Shown here piece by piece: positions 17,051 to 27,400 of a stretch of DNA of 48,260 nucleotides (position 1 is its first letter; every line of letters begins with the position of its first letter). The position numbers and the translations under genes were made by a program. The notes below the pieces were generated by a model. That model was not told the DNA's origin, did no database searches, and worked only from the letters and a program-made list of their open reading frames with translations. The DNA lies in NCBI GenBank assembly GCA_965205655.1, contig CBDBIJ010000127.1, positions 1 to 48,260 of the forward strand. Direction: 5' to 3'. This stretch comes from Candidatus Latescibacterota bacterium. Its GTDB lineage: Bacteria > Latescibacterota > UBA2968 > UBA8231.

Positions 17051-20000
17051 CTACAAGTATCCGAACAGTACCGTGAGATAAAACTTCCACGGATTGCGAT
17101 CCTCCACCTCATCGAGGCCGTATGCGAGGTCCGCCTGCACCCGGGTCGGCATACTGTAATACGAGATCATGTCGAGACGCAACTGAGTGCCGACATCTCG
17201 CAGCATTCCAGTGCGTCCGTAGAATCGATCGGGATCGTCGAAGTCGCCGTCCCATGCTTTGCCGACATCGCCGTACACGGCCCCGTACAGCTTGTCGACG
17301 TAGAGATGAGCGAAGCGGCGCCGCGTATCGGCGAGCAGCGGAAATCTGAATGTGCCGTTCGCCATGAAAGCCTTGCGCCCTTCCATACTGTAGAAGGTGT
17401 ACCCTCGCATGAAGTTGAGGCCGCCGAGGTGGTAGTCGAAGAAGTCGCTTACCAGATCCTCATCGTCGACCTTGTCGCTCGCGATCCAGCCCCCGAACAG
17501 CCTGAGGCCGAGGGCGGTATCGCGTGGCAGTCCGACGTATTCCCTCCAGTCGACGGTGAACTGGTTGTAGAACAGATGGACATACTCCTCCTGGAGGAAA
17601 GAGACATTGCCCTCGTCGAAGCCCTCGAGGAAGTAGTTGAACATGCGGTCGTATTGCAGTAGTAGCCGCCGGCCGCGGGGACTGATATCGCGGTCACGGC
17701 GTCGGGATAGCACCTCGAGGCGATAGATCAGTCCCAGACCGAAGCCCTGTAGATAGGTATAGCCAAAGGGGCGCTGCTTGGCTCGCCGAAAGCCGGGCTG
17801 GCCGTCCTGTCTCGTTTCGAAGAAATCCCACTCGATACTGGCGTCATAGCGATCGTAGGTCAGCGCCAGCTCCAGATCGGCGTAACGGCCGAGCTTGCCG
17901 CGGGCCCCGGTGCGCACCTCGTTGAGACTGAAGTTCATGCCGGTGACGATTCCGGTGCGGGCCGCCGAGCTGTCTCCCCTCGATGTGTGACGCTTCTGGT
18001 TGTAGAATTCGAGAAACACCGTCGGACGCCAGCGCCGGTAGTCGTAGAGCGCGAACAGATCCCTGTCACCGTTTGCCGGAGCCAGGGCGGCGCCAACCAG
18101 GACGCTCTGCTTCATCAGAACGTCCGAAGAGGCCGCGTACACTCCGGCTTTGAGGCGACCTTCGTCTACGACTAGGCGAGGCAGCACGAGGGTGCGCAGA
18201 ATATCCACGCCATAAGGCCTCGAAGGCGACGTTGTACGGACGCCGATATCGGCGGAGGCCGATGACTGTCCGATCGAAGCCAGCTCGACGAGAGCGGAGC
18301 CGCCGATCTGCGACGTCGATCCTGGCTCCGACACGGGCTCTACACTACAATGCCAGCCGCCGCTCTCGTCCGCGTCATAGGCGATCGCAATTGCCGAATC
18401 CAGGGCCGCGTCGATCAAGTTGATCCGATATCCATCCGGTCCGAACGCTGCGAATGCCACCGTACCGTCTGGCCCGATCGTCGGCGTGATCGCGCCACCG
18501 ACCACATTGGTGACTTGTTTGACCGATCCCTTCCCCTCAACGTCTACTGAGTAGATGTTGAATATGCCGCTCGCGTCGGAGGCGAACAGGACCTCCTCGC
18601 CGCTGGGGCTCCAGACCGGATCGCGCTCCGTGGCAACAGTGGCGACCAGGGGCCGAACTGCGACGGCGGCGTCAATGTCCGCCATGTCCACGAGGACAAT
18701 GTCGCGCTGGCCACGCCGCGAGATGGAAACTACCAGCCTCCTCCCGTCAGGCGACCACCTGGGCGTGTAGAGCTGAGTGCCGTCGCCGTACTCGGTGAGA
18801 TACCTCACCTCGCTCCCGTCTGCCCTCATGAGGCCGAGGTTGTTGCTTCGCCCTTTGTTGTGTACGAAGCTTATCCATTCCCCGTCCGGAGAGTAAGCCG
18901 GATACATCCCCCTCAGCCCCCGACTCAGGCGACGGAGCTGCGGAGACGTGGAACCGTACCCCCGCAGCGTCGCCGGTGCCGACCACGCCATCCGGGATGC
19001 GAGGCTCCGCTTGGCCTTGCCGGAGTCGTATTCGTAGATATCTGCCTGGCGGGAACCGTAGCGATCCGCCTTGTCTTTGCGCACCCACAGGATCCGCTCA
19101 CCGTCGGCTGACCAGCTGATCGACGACACGACGGGGCTGGCGATCACTTCCTCCTCATCCGTTTCCAGATCGCGCACGATGAGAGCATGCGAGGCGTTGT
19201 GCCGATTTTGCGTGGACAGGTAGGCCAGACGCTTCCCGTCGGGAGAGAAGGAGGGGTGGAGATTCGAAAAGCCGGCCGCATCATCGAGGGGCCGTCCTTC
19301 CCGCAGTTCACCGAGCCCTTCTATCTGCGCCCGGTAGTTCAATCTCATAGAGTCTCTCCACGACTCGTACACCTGCTCGGCCGAGACACCGAGAGCGCTC
19401 TGGAATGCCGACCCGATCGTCATCGACTTCCACTGCGACAGAGATCGACAGATGTCGGCGAGCGCCTCGTCTCCGTAAGTGTGGGCTATGTATCGGACGA
19501 GTCCGTAGCCGTGGTCGTAGACATACTCGTTCCCGAAGCCGCGCTTGCCGAAGACGCCCATTTCGTCTAGAGACAGAAGCTGGTCGTTCACGACGGCCGT
19601 GCGCAGAGCCATATCTCGATGCGAGTCCCAGCGATCGCGCCGCGCAGATTGCACCTGATGCTGCGCGATTCCTTCTGCGAACCACATCGGAGAGACGGTC
19701 GCTACCACCGGATAGGAGGCGATGACGTCCGGGTAACCGATCAGGATGTCGGGACGATTCTGTTCCCTTTGATAACCCAGGTATTGCAGGTAGAGTGCAG
19801 GTACCCGCTGCGATGCCTTGCGGGCGGCACCCAGTGAAATGACGTGGGTGAACTCGTGCGTCACGACATTGCCGAGCCAGTCTGTGGCGCCCCGAAGCTC
19901 GTAGTCGTGATCGAGCGCGCTGGTCCAGATTTCGATCGTGTCCAAATAGAAGAAGGCGGCGCCGTTGGCGTAGTCGTCGTAGTCCTTGAGGATGATGCGG

Positions 20001-20224
20001 ATATGGCCGGAGGGCTCATAACCGTAGAGATCGGTGACGGGGCCGTACGCGGCTTCCGCCACCTCGGCCGTGTATGACGCGGCCTCGTCCAGTCCCTGAT
20101 GGAAAAGAATCCGGAAGTGTTCCGTCTCCACCACCTGCCAGTCCAGCTCGGGATGGTTTTGGGCCCCGATCGGCGTCGCTACGCCTGCTGCCACCAGGAG
20201 ACAGACCGGTAGAGTGGCCTTCAC
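17051..20224 (-). CDS. peptidase-MA-like + PD40/TolB beta-propeller + Omp85/BamA-type barrel fusion
   Basis: VTHEFTHVI...WFAEGIA; repeated PSFSPDG/PAYSPDG/PRWSPDG; LGGLNFMRGY (VRGY-like lid motif); C-terminal WKFYLTVLFGYL. Confidence 0.85.
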   Translation of the reverse strand: MKATLPVCLLVAAGVATPIGAQNHPELDWQVVETEHFRILFHQGLDEAASYTAEVAEAAYGPVTDLYGYEPSGHIRIILKDYDDYANGAAFFYLDTIEIWTSALDHDYELRGATDWLGNVVTHEFTHVISLGAARKASQRVPALYLQYLGYQREQNRPDILIGYPDVIASYPVVATVSPMWFAEGIAQHQVQSARRDRWDSHRDMALRTAVVNDQLLSLDEMGVFGKRGFGNEYVYDHGYGLVRYIAHTYGDEALADICRSLSQWKSMTIGSAFQSALGVSAEQVYESWRDSMRLNYRAQIEGLGELREGRPLDDAAGFSNLHPSFSPDGKRLAYLSTQNRHNASHALIVRDLETDEEEVIASPVVSSISWSADGERILWVRKDKADRYGSRQADIYEYDSGKAKRSLASRMAWSAPATLRGYGSTSPQLRRLSRGLRGMYPAYSPDGEWISFVHNKGRSNNLGLMRADGSEVRYLTEYGDGTQLYTPRWSPDGRRLVVSISRRGQRDIVLVDMADIDAAVAVRPLVATVATERDPVWSPSGEEVLFASDASGIFNIYSVDVEGKGSVKQVTNVVGGAITPTIGPDGTVAFAAFGPDGYRINLIDAALDSAIAIAYDADESGGWHCSVEPVSEPGSTSQIGGSALVELASIGQSSASADIGVRTTSPSRPYGVDILRTLVLPRLVVDEGRLKAGVYAASSDVLMKQSVLVGAALAPANGDRDLFALYDYRRWRPTVFLEFYNQKRHTSRGDSSAARTGIVTGMNFSLNEVRTGARGKLGRYADLELALTYDRYDASIEWDFFETRQDGQPGFRRAKQRPFGYTYLQGFGLGLIYRLEVLSRRRDRDISPRGRRLLLQYDRMFNYFLEGFDEGNVSFLQEEYVHLFYNQFTVDWREYVGLPRDTALGLRLFGGWIASDKVDDEDLVSDFFDYHLGGLNFMRGYTFYSMEGRKAFMANGTFRFPLLADTRRRFAHLYVDKLYGAVYGDVGKAWDGDFDDPDRFYGRTGMLRDVGTQLRLDMISYYSMPTRVQADLAYGLDEVEDRNPWKFYLTVLFGYL

Positions 20225-23200
20225 TTGCTCACCGCCATCTTGACCACCACGTGCGACCGGTCGCCGGCGCCCGCGTCGGCCTCGAGCTGACAGAGATACA
20301 GGCCGCTGGCGTACTTCTCAGTGGGCCAGCTGATTTCGTTCTCGTCCGGCACTTGGAGCTCGTCCCGCCCCACGCGGATGCGATCGAGGCGCTCCCCGAG
20401 GACGTCGAAAACTTCCAGCTCGACGTCGGCGAGCCGGCTCAGAAAGAATCTCAAGTGGGCCCGGTCGTCCTCACCGCCTACCGGATTCGGATAGCAGTAG
20501 GCCAGCTCCGGTGGCAATAGATCGGCCGCGATCGGTGCGGTTGGACCAGCGGGGAGCGTCGGATGCGAAAAGCGTCCCGCTGCACTCCGACCGCGCTGCC
20601 CCCATGCCACGGTGCCCCCGCCGTACGCAGATGAGAGAGCGGTGGGCTCCCACAGGTAGAGCTCGTTTCCAGCGACGGCGGCGATCTCGAGGTGGCCGTC
20701 CCCATCGAGATCGCCAGCCACTGGGTCGTAGGAGATCGGCGTTTCGGTGAGAAGCGGAAAACCCTCGAGCGGCACACCAGTATCATCGAACCCGTATAAG
20801 CCCCGCGTCGACCCAGTGAAGATCTCCTGACGGCCATCCCCGTCCAGGTCTGCGAGCACGGGAGCGAAGCGCAGCTCCCTGACATCGCGCACGACTGGAA
20901 AGCCAGCCTGAATCAGGCCGTTCGAGCGAATCGCGTGAACTCCATTCGATGACGCAGCGACGATCTCCAGGAATCCATCGCCGTCGAGATCGCCCAGAAT
21001 CGGGGTTGCGGAAATGGTGTCGGCGGCGATCTCGGTTCGAAACATCACCTTGTCGATGCCGGTTGCCAGGATGCTTCCAGTCTCCGAGACAATGATGACC
21101 TCCGCCCGTCCGTCGGCGTCCAAATCGCCGCATGCCGGCCCGAAGTGGCGGCCATCCTCGCTCCAGAGAGGCGCCAATCCGTTGGCGGATATCACCCACC
21201 CTTCACCTCCGTCGCTGGAGGCGACGACGAGTTCGGCTGATCCATCGCCGCTCAGATCCGCCGCCGACAACGAGCCCGCCTCCACTTCGTCGTCAAATTT
21301 CCTTTCGCCCGAGTCGGCGTCCAGCATGAAGACCGATCCTTCCGCACCGAGCACCAGGACGCGTTCACCGGGAAAGCTGGATAGATCGGCCGCGAAAAGG
21401 GCACTGTGCGGCTCGCTTGCGAGCCCTGAGAGATCGAATTCCCATGTTGTCGCCCCGATTTCTGCCGCCCCTTCCGGCAACGCCCGATTCCCAAATGCAC
21501 GCACGACGCCGTCGACGGAGAGGAACAGCGCAGTCATTGCGCCAGTCGAGCCACCATCGGTAGCAGCGGCGAGGCGCGCCCCTGCCGCTGCCCGTGCAGC
21601 GCCGTCGGCAGAAACGATCTGCACGCCGGACTCGTCCTCCACCAACAGCTCCAGATCGCCGTCTCCGTCGAGATCCGCACCCTGCAGACGACCGGCGCTC
21701 GCCACCGGTCTCGGCCATCCGCCCCTGACCTTGTTGAACTGGATCTGCACCTCCATGGTGTCGGCCAGCTCACTCAAAACCACTATCTCGATACCGGTGT
21801 CCGCCCCGTCGTTGCTGGTGCTGGGCGGCCGCGTCTGAGGACCGAAGGTGGTGGTTGAACTCGCTCCTCCCGGGCCTGTCCCCGCGAAGAACGGATCTGT
21901 CGGTGTCCCTTCCGTGAGATGTTGCTGATCGAAGAACAGGTTGCCGATATGGCGAAAGCCGTCCGCCTCCTCGAGGGCGATTCCGGGTCGGGCGCGATCG
22001 TTGTTGATACCCTCCTCGAAGCGCTCCTCGATGACGCTCTCATCGACGTGCCAGATGAGGATCCCCGAGCCAGGCACGAAGGCATCGTACTCATCCACCG
22101 CTGCCCATACGCCTGAGCCATGCCCCTCCAGCTCTCCTTTTTCACCCGCTTCCTCGCCCGTGATCGAGTGAGTGAATTCGATGCCCTGCGGAGGTATCCA
22201 CACGACCTCGTCCACTCCGGCGAATGGTGGGTCCAGCCCTTGCGGAACCCCGAAATTGCCGCGCTGCTGTCTGTTTTCGAGAAGGAAGTACTCCCTGTGT
22301 GCGATGGGTACGCGGACGGACTTTGGCAGTCCGCCGGCGTGCCGATCCGTGGCGACGATTTTCACCGTCGTGTCGCGTCGCACGACGAGCGGCTCGATCC
22401 ACCCCAATCTCGCCTTGCTCCACGCCATGAGATGAGGCGGTACGAAGCCGAAGACAGGTTCCCAGGTGTCGCCGTCGAGCACGTACCCCAGCCCCGTGGC
22501 CCCGACGTCCATCAGACTCCAGGTGCCGAGCGCAGGGGTTCCCCGTGCGGAGTTCGACAGGCTCGGCAGCCCGAGGACGAAGCCGAAGAATTTTGCCAGC
22601 AGGCCGTTTAGCCCCGCCCTGCCGAACCGGTCGGCCATCTCCGGCACGATCCACGCGTGGGGCAGCTCGAAGGCGCCGCCGTCGGCGCCGATAGGTGTCG
22701 GGCCACCATACATGTCGAGGTCGCGTCGGGGGAGGTAGACGGAGCGGATGTCGTTGATCTCGCCACTTTCCTGTCCCTGCCCCGGGTGTATGAACAGAAA
22801 GCTGTCGAAGTCGGAAAAAACAGCGTCTTCATCGGCGGCCGCCACGGCGTCCCGAATGAAATCGATCCACTTTTCCCCGATCTCCGCGGTCGATCGTCCG
22901 TTGCCGTAGAGGAGCGCCTCCTTAGGCAACCGGTAAGCGCCGCTCGTCTGGCGCGGCAGCACCGTGTACTCAATCGACAGACGGCCGTTGGAGACGACCT
23001 GATAGTAGCGGGAGAGGGCCTGGAGCTGGTGTTCGTAGAAGGTGCGGTCGTGCGGGGGTGTGTCGTAGGGGAAGGCGTAGTCGGGCAGAGCCTCCGAAAG
23101 GCTCCTCAGGTCGAACCGGCCGGTGCCCGTGGTCGATGGCTCGTCCGGATCCTCGAGGGGAAACTCGACCCGGATCGCGAGGATCCGGCAGGTGTCCGCG

Positions 23201-23259
23201 ACGACGTCGCCGACCCCGTCGCCGACTCCAAGCCTGGCTCCATGGGCCGTCGAGGCCAC
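20221..23259 (-). CDS. M6-like (immune inhibitor A-type) domain lacking zinc ligands + FG-GAP/VCBS repeats + T9SS CTD
   Basis: ILAIRVEFP, LSRYYQVVSNG, FIHPGQG, LGLP, WSLMDVG, PPHLMAWSKARLGW, EYFLLENRQ, GILIWHVDE; many DLDGDG repeats; YCYPNP...ASGLY...KMAV CTD; true start probably slightly upstream. Confidence 0.85.
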   Translation of the reverse strand: MASTAHGARLGVGDGVGDVVADTCRILAIRVEFPLEDPDEPSTTGTGRFDLRSLSEALPDYAFPYDTPPHDRTFYEHQLQALSRYYQVVSNGRLSIEYTVLPRQTSGAYRLPKEALLYGNGRSTAEIGEKWIDFIRDAVAAADEDAVFSDFDSFLFIHPGQGQESGEINDIRSVYLPRRDLDMYGGPTPIGADGGAFELPHAWIVPEMADRFGRAGLNGLLAKFFGFVLGLPSLSNSARGTPALGTWSLMDVGATGLGYVLDGDTWEPVFGFVPPHLMAWSKARLGWIEPLVVRRDTTVKIVATDRHAGGLPKSVRVPIAHREYFLLENRQQRGNFGVPQGLDPPFAGVDEVVWIPPQGIEFTHSITGEEAGEKGELEGHGSGVWAAVDEYDAFVPGSGILIWHVDESVIEERFEEGINNDRARPGIALEEADGFRHIGNLFFDQQHLTEGTPTDPFFAGTGPGGASSTTTFGPQTRPPSTSNDGADTGIEIVVLSELADTMEVQIQFNKVRGGWPRPVASAGRLQGADLDGDGDLELLVEDESGVQIVSADGAARAAAGARLAAATDGGSTGAMTALFLSVDGVVRAFGNRALPEGAAEIGATTWEFDLSGLASEPHSALFAADLSSFPGERVLVLGAEGSVFMLDADSGERKFDDEVEAGSLSAADLSGDGSAELVVASSDGGEGWVISANGLAPLWSEDGRHFGPACGDLDADGRAEVIIVSETGSILATGIDKVMFRTEIAADTISATPILGDLDGDGFLEIVAASSNGVHAIRSNGLIQAGFPVVRDVRELRFAPVLADLDGDGRQEIFTGSTRGLYGFDDTGVPLEGFPLLTETPISYDPVAGDLDGDGHLEIAAVAGNELYLWEPTALSSAYGGGTVAWGQRGRSAAGRFSHPTLPAGPTAPIAADLLPPELAYCYPNPVGGEDDRAHLRFFLSRLADVELEVFDVLGERLDRIRVGRDELQVPDENEISWPTEKYASGLYLCQLEADAGAGDRSHVVVKMAVSK

Positions 23260-23368
23260 TGCCGCCAGGATAGACAGGGCCTGGTGCAGCCTGGATGATG
23301 TCGACAGTAGAATAGGAGTCAGAAGCGCGAATCTACCCTGAGGTCGAACCTCAGAATGCGAGGTTGTC

Positions 23369-24421
23369 TCAGAATATGAGGTTGAGGGAGAACCGCGTAT
23401 TGTCCTGCATCGGCGTGTCCTCGCCGGTAATGTAGGCCACGTCCACCTGGATTTTGCTGTACTTCAGCCCGATCCCGAAGGTGGGCGTCTTCAGCTCGCC
23501 GTCGTGATCCAGTGAGTAGCCTGCCCTCAGGGCGAGAAAGGACTCGTCCTGAACTGCCGAGAGGCCGTAGCGGTACTCGCCGCCGACATGCAGATCCATT
23601 TCCCGGAATTCGTCACCGAGTTTCTCGTCCGTCCAGGATGTCAGAAGATTCGAAGCGAACGTGCCGTCGGCGATGAGCGGCTTGTAGAGATCGACCGACA
23701 TCAGCATGTCGTGAAACTCGCTGTCCAAGAGCTCGTAGGCGGCACCCACGACGATGTGCTGGGGCAGCGGATCCGCCTGGCTGGCGTCGATGTAGGCGAT
23801 CTTCGGCCCCAGGTTTCGCAGCGCGGCGCCGAAATTGAGTTGCGGAGTGACCTTCCACAAAAATCCGAGATCGGCGGCGAAACTGTTGCCCACACCCTTG
23901 CCCTTCTCGATCCCAGCCCCCACATCTGCCAGATTGCTGCGGATGAACTTCAAACTGATGCCGGCTGACATGTTGTCGGCGATGTCGGCGCCGTAGGCCG
24001 CCGAAACGGCCAGATCGTAGCTGCTGAAGGTGCCGGTAACGGTACCGCGCTCGTTGGTTCGCGTTTGCTCACCGAGCTGCAGCAGCGCACCGTTCAGACC
24101 GATGTTGCCCCAACCCTCCACTGGTTGGGCGTAGGCGAGAAACTCGTATGACATGTCGTCGAAGCCAAAGGCGGGAAGCCACTTCGCGTGCGTGAAGCTG
24201 ACCTCCCTCGTCGTCTGTCCAGCCAGCGCCGCCGGGTTGAAGTAACTCGCCGTGGCGTCGTCGGCGATGGCGACGTACGACTCTCCCATGGCGATCGCCC
24301 TGGCACCCGGTTCGATCAGGAGAAAGAGGACGGCCGCGCGGCTTTCCGGGGTGGCCGCCGCCCGGCTGGCGCTCAGGCTCAGACCGGCGGCTACCAGCAA
24401 TAGGGTGAGGAGTGGTCTCAT
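23369..24421 (-). CDS. porV: T9SS outer-membrane shuttle PorV
   Basis: AVLFLLIEPGARAIAMGE...ADDATASYFNPA, FTHAKWLP, LKFIRSNL, NLGPKIAY, ALRAGY, NTRFSLNLIF; directly after porU; GGAGG RBS. Confidence 0.9.
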   Translation of the reverse strand: MRPLLTLLLVAAGLSLSASRAAATPESRAAVLFLLIEPGARAIAMGESYVAIADDATASYFNPAALAGQTTREVSFTHAKWLPAFGFDDMSYEFLAYAQPVEGWGNIGLNGALLQLGEQTRTNERGTVTGTFSSYDLAVSAAYGADIADNMSAGISLKFIRSNLADVGAGIEKGKGVGNSFAADLGFLWKVTPQLNFGAALRNLGPKIAYIDASQADPLPQHIVVGAAYELLDSEFHDMLMSVDLYKPLIADGTFASNLLTSWTDEKLGDEFREMDLHVGGEYRYGLSAVQDESFLALRAGYSLDHDGELKTPTFGIGLKYSKIQVDVAYITGEDTPMQDNTRFSLNLIF

Positions 24422-24488
24422 ATTTGAACTGCCTCCGTTTCGGGATCTTCGTGGACGCCCCAGCTCTCTGCTGAGTCCACCACCGATC

Positions 24489-27400
24489 TCATTGTACCAC
24501 CTGAACGATATCGGTGGTCTCGATCTCCGCGCCACTGGCGAAAATCGCCTTGATACGATAAAGATAGCTACCGTTCGCCAGCGGCTCCGGCGGATTCCAT
24601 GCGATCTGGTTGTAGCCGGGCTCGCCGGCGACATCGAGCTTATCGACGAGTTTTCCAGCGAGGGTAAATACGCTGATGCTCACAGTCCGTGCGGGGGCCG
24701 AAAGGATGTAGGTGAAGTGCCCCCGGTCCCGCATCGGATTGGGGTAGAACAGCATGTCGGAGAGCGGCGAGTCGCCCTCTTCCGAAACCTCTACCTCCAC
24801 CTGCACCGTGGCCGAATTGTTGAAGCCGTCCCACGCTTTGAGACGAATCTCGTGGGTGCCCGGTTCCAGCTCCGGGAGTTCATATTCCAGCACGCCGCTT
24901 CGATAGTCCCCGTCTCGATTGCTGAAGAATTCGGTCACCTCGAAGGTTTCGCCATCCAGGTTCAACACGATATGATGGCCCGGCCCTCCGGTGATGTTAA
25001 TGCCGCCAGCGTCCTCGATGACGATCTCCATGACAGGTCGTGAGGAGACGAAGTCGCCGCTGCGAAATCCGGTCTGCCCCATGAACCCCACCGTAATCGT
25101 CGGCCCTTCGTCGTCGGGCTCGACGCCTTCGGCCGTTCCGCCCAGGAAAATATCCGTCAAGGCACTGAAAGCGACCGGGCGCTGGTCGCCCCACGAATAG
25201 GCGCTGAGACGGCCCTCATTGGCATTGTAGTTGATATCCTTTGGCACCCGGAAAGTCGCCTCGAAGCGCCCTTCCTCGACCACGGCCAGGCTCCGGAACA
25301 GCGGAGCTCCGATCTGCCGGTAATCCAACCCTTCGACCTGGGCCCTGGCGCTCGAATCGAAAACCTGGATCAAGGCGCTGCCGCTGAACTGCCGGTCGGG
25401 ATGACCATCCGGGGCGATCACCTCCCCCTCGACGCGCACCTCCTCGAGGGCACTCATGGATTCCGGCGCATCCAGCCGGACCGTGTAGCGTGGCCTTGCC
25501 AGCCGCATGGCCGGATCCCCCAGCAGTGAATACCGCTGCACGTTACCGCGCTCTTTGGGACCGTCACCGACGACGGTTGTCACTTTGGCGAGAGTGAGCG
25601 CCAGCCCAACCGGCACGTGAGTTTCGTCCGAGCGGTACATGTGCCGATGAAACTGAAACGCGAGAATTATGTTGCTGCCGTGAAATCCTACCCGGGTAGC
25701 CGAAATGAACGCGATGACGCCCCCATTGGGGCGATTCAACAGGGCCTCTGGCATGGAGACGCGCGCCGGATCGTCGAAAACGCCGACCTGGCTCGCGGCC
25801 GTGTACATCAGTGGTAATCTCCTGCCATTGTCGATGGCGTCCAGATCGCGCGTCAGCACGAACATCTGCTCGTGAGCGAGGGTCTCGGGATTGCCGTGAC
25901 CGATATACGTGAGAATGAGGGCGCCGGCGTTGAATTGCCGGATGAACTCGTCGCGCGCCTTCGGCTTCGTGCGTCCCTCGAGCGGATAGTGTCCTATGTA
26001 GAGCTTTTCCGGGTTCAGATCCTCGGGCATGAATTGGCGGGCAATCGTCTCCGAATCCAGGACGAAGAAGTGTTCACGCTGACCCAGCTTCTGCGGATGC
26101 CTCACGTCGTCGGAGACGAGCAGTGACCGGACCTGCCACGGCCCGACCTCGGGGGATCTGTCGTAGTCGATGATCTTGTCCACGAGCCCCTCCGCTTGCG
26201 CCGCAGTCTGCACCGGGAGCCGCCCGATGGCTAGGTCGGGAATGCGGTCAGACCCTGCAACGCGGACGTACCACTCGTCGTACATGCTTTCGCCGTCCTG
26301 ATAGGCGGGAATCCAGTTTGTGTGGCTCGTGAGGGAATTGTTCTTGTAATCGTAGGTCGCGTCGCCCACGAGGAGGATGAAGAACGGGGCTGGATCCCAG
26401 TTATCTACGGCGTAATTCACGAAACTGCGGATCGCCATGGGGTCGAGAAGGCCGCCGGAAAACTCGTCGTAAACATCAGCGACGTCGACGACGGCCGTGC
26501 TCATCGGGGCGCCGAATCGATCATCCTGGGCCCGCCACGCGGCGAGGCGCTCCGAAGCTTCGCGAAAGTCGGCGTGAGTGATGATGACGTAGTCGGCTCC
26601 GTTGTCCCGCGTTTTCAACTGGCTTGGGGAATCGATCGCGATACTGGCTGGCCGTCTCCACTTCTCGGGCGGCGATACGATGTAGTGCGGCGGAACGCCC
26701 GTGCCGCCGAACCATCCCTCGAAGACGACGGTGCTGTCGGATTCGTCGTGAGTGAAGTCCACGATTTCCCGCATCGCGAAGACGTCGCCTGTGGCGAATA
26801 TCCGCGGCCGTTTATCGAACCCGCTCAGATGGAATTCGGCGATCGCGCCCTCGGCGTCGCGGCTCCCGGCAGGGAACCGGACCGCGTCATCCCACGAGAA
26901 GGCGAGCTCGCCATCCCGGGCGACCAGACGCCTCGTGTACTCCAGCTCGTACCAGTCCAGTCTCACGCTGTTGCCACCCTGGTGAAACAGACCGAGCTGG
27001 TTCAGCCCCTCGCGGGTGCCCGTCCGGGCCGTCGCACTGACCGTCCTGCTTTCGGAGCTGTTGAAGCCAACTGTCGTCACGCTCTGGTCGTTCCACTTCA
27101 CCTCGAAGGTCTGCGTCGCCTTCGTTCCCCCCCAAAACCGCACGTTGATCAGGACCGGCTCCCCGAGCACGGCGTTCCTGATGATGGTCGGGAAATTTCT
27201 CGCATTGCCGTTGAAGGATTCCCAGTACCAATCGTAACCCGACGGGATTTGCACAATCTGCCTGAGAATCAGGAACTCATCCTCTTTGTGCAGCCGCTCC
27301 CGGTACCGGTCCGAGTCTATCCCGCCGCCTCCCGGCGTGCCACTCGCGATTGCTGCCCTGGTGCCGGCCCCGGCGCTGCCGAGCTCCAGGAAATACACGT

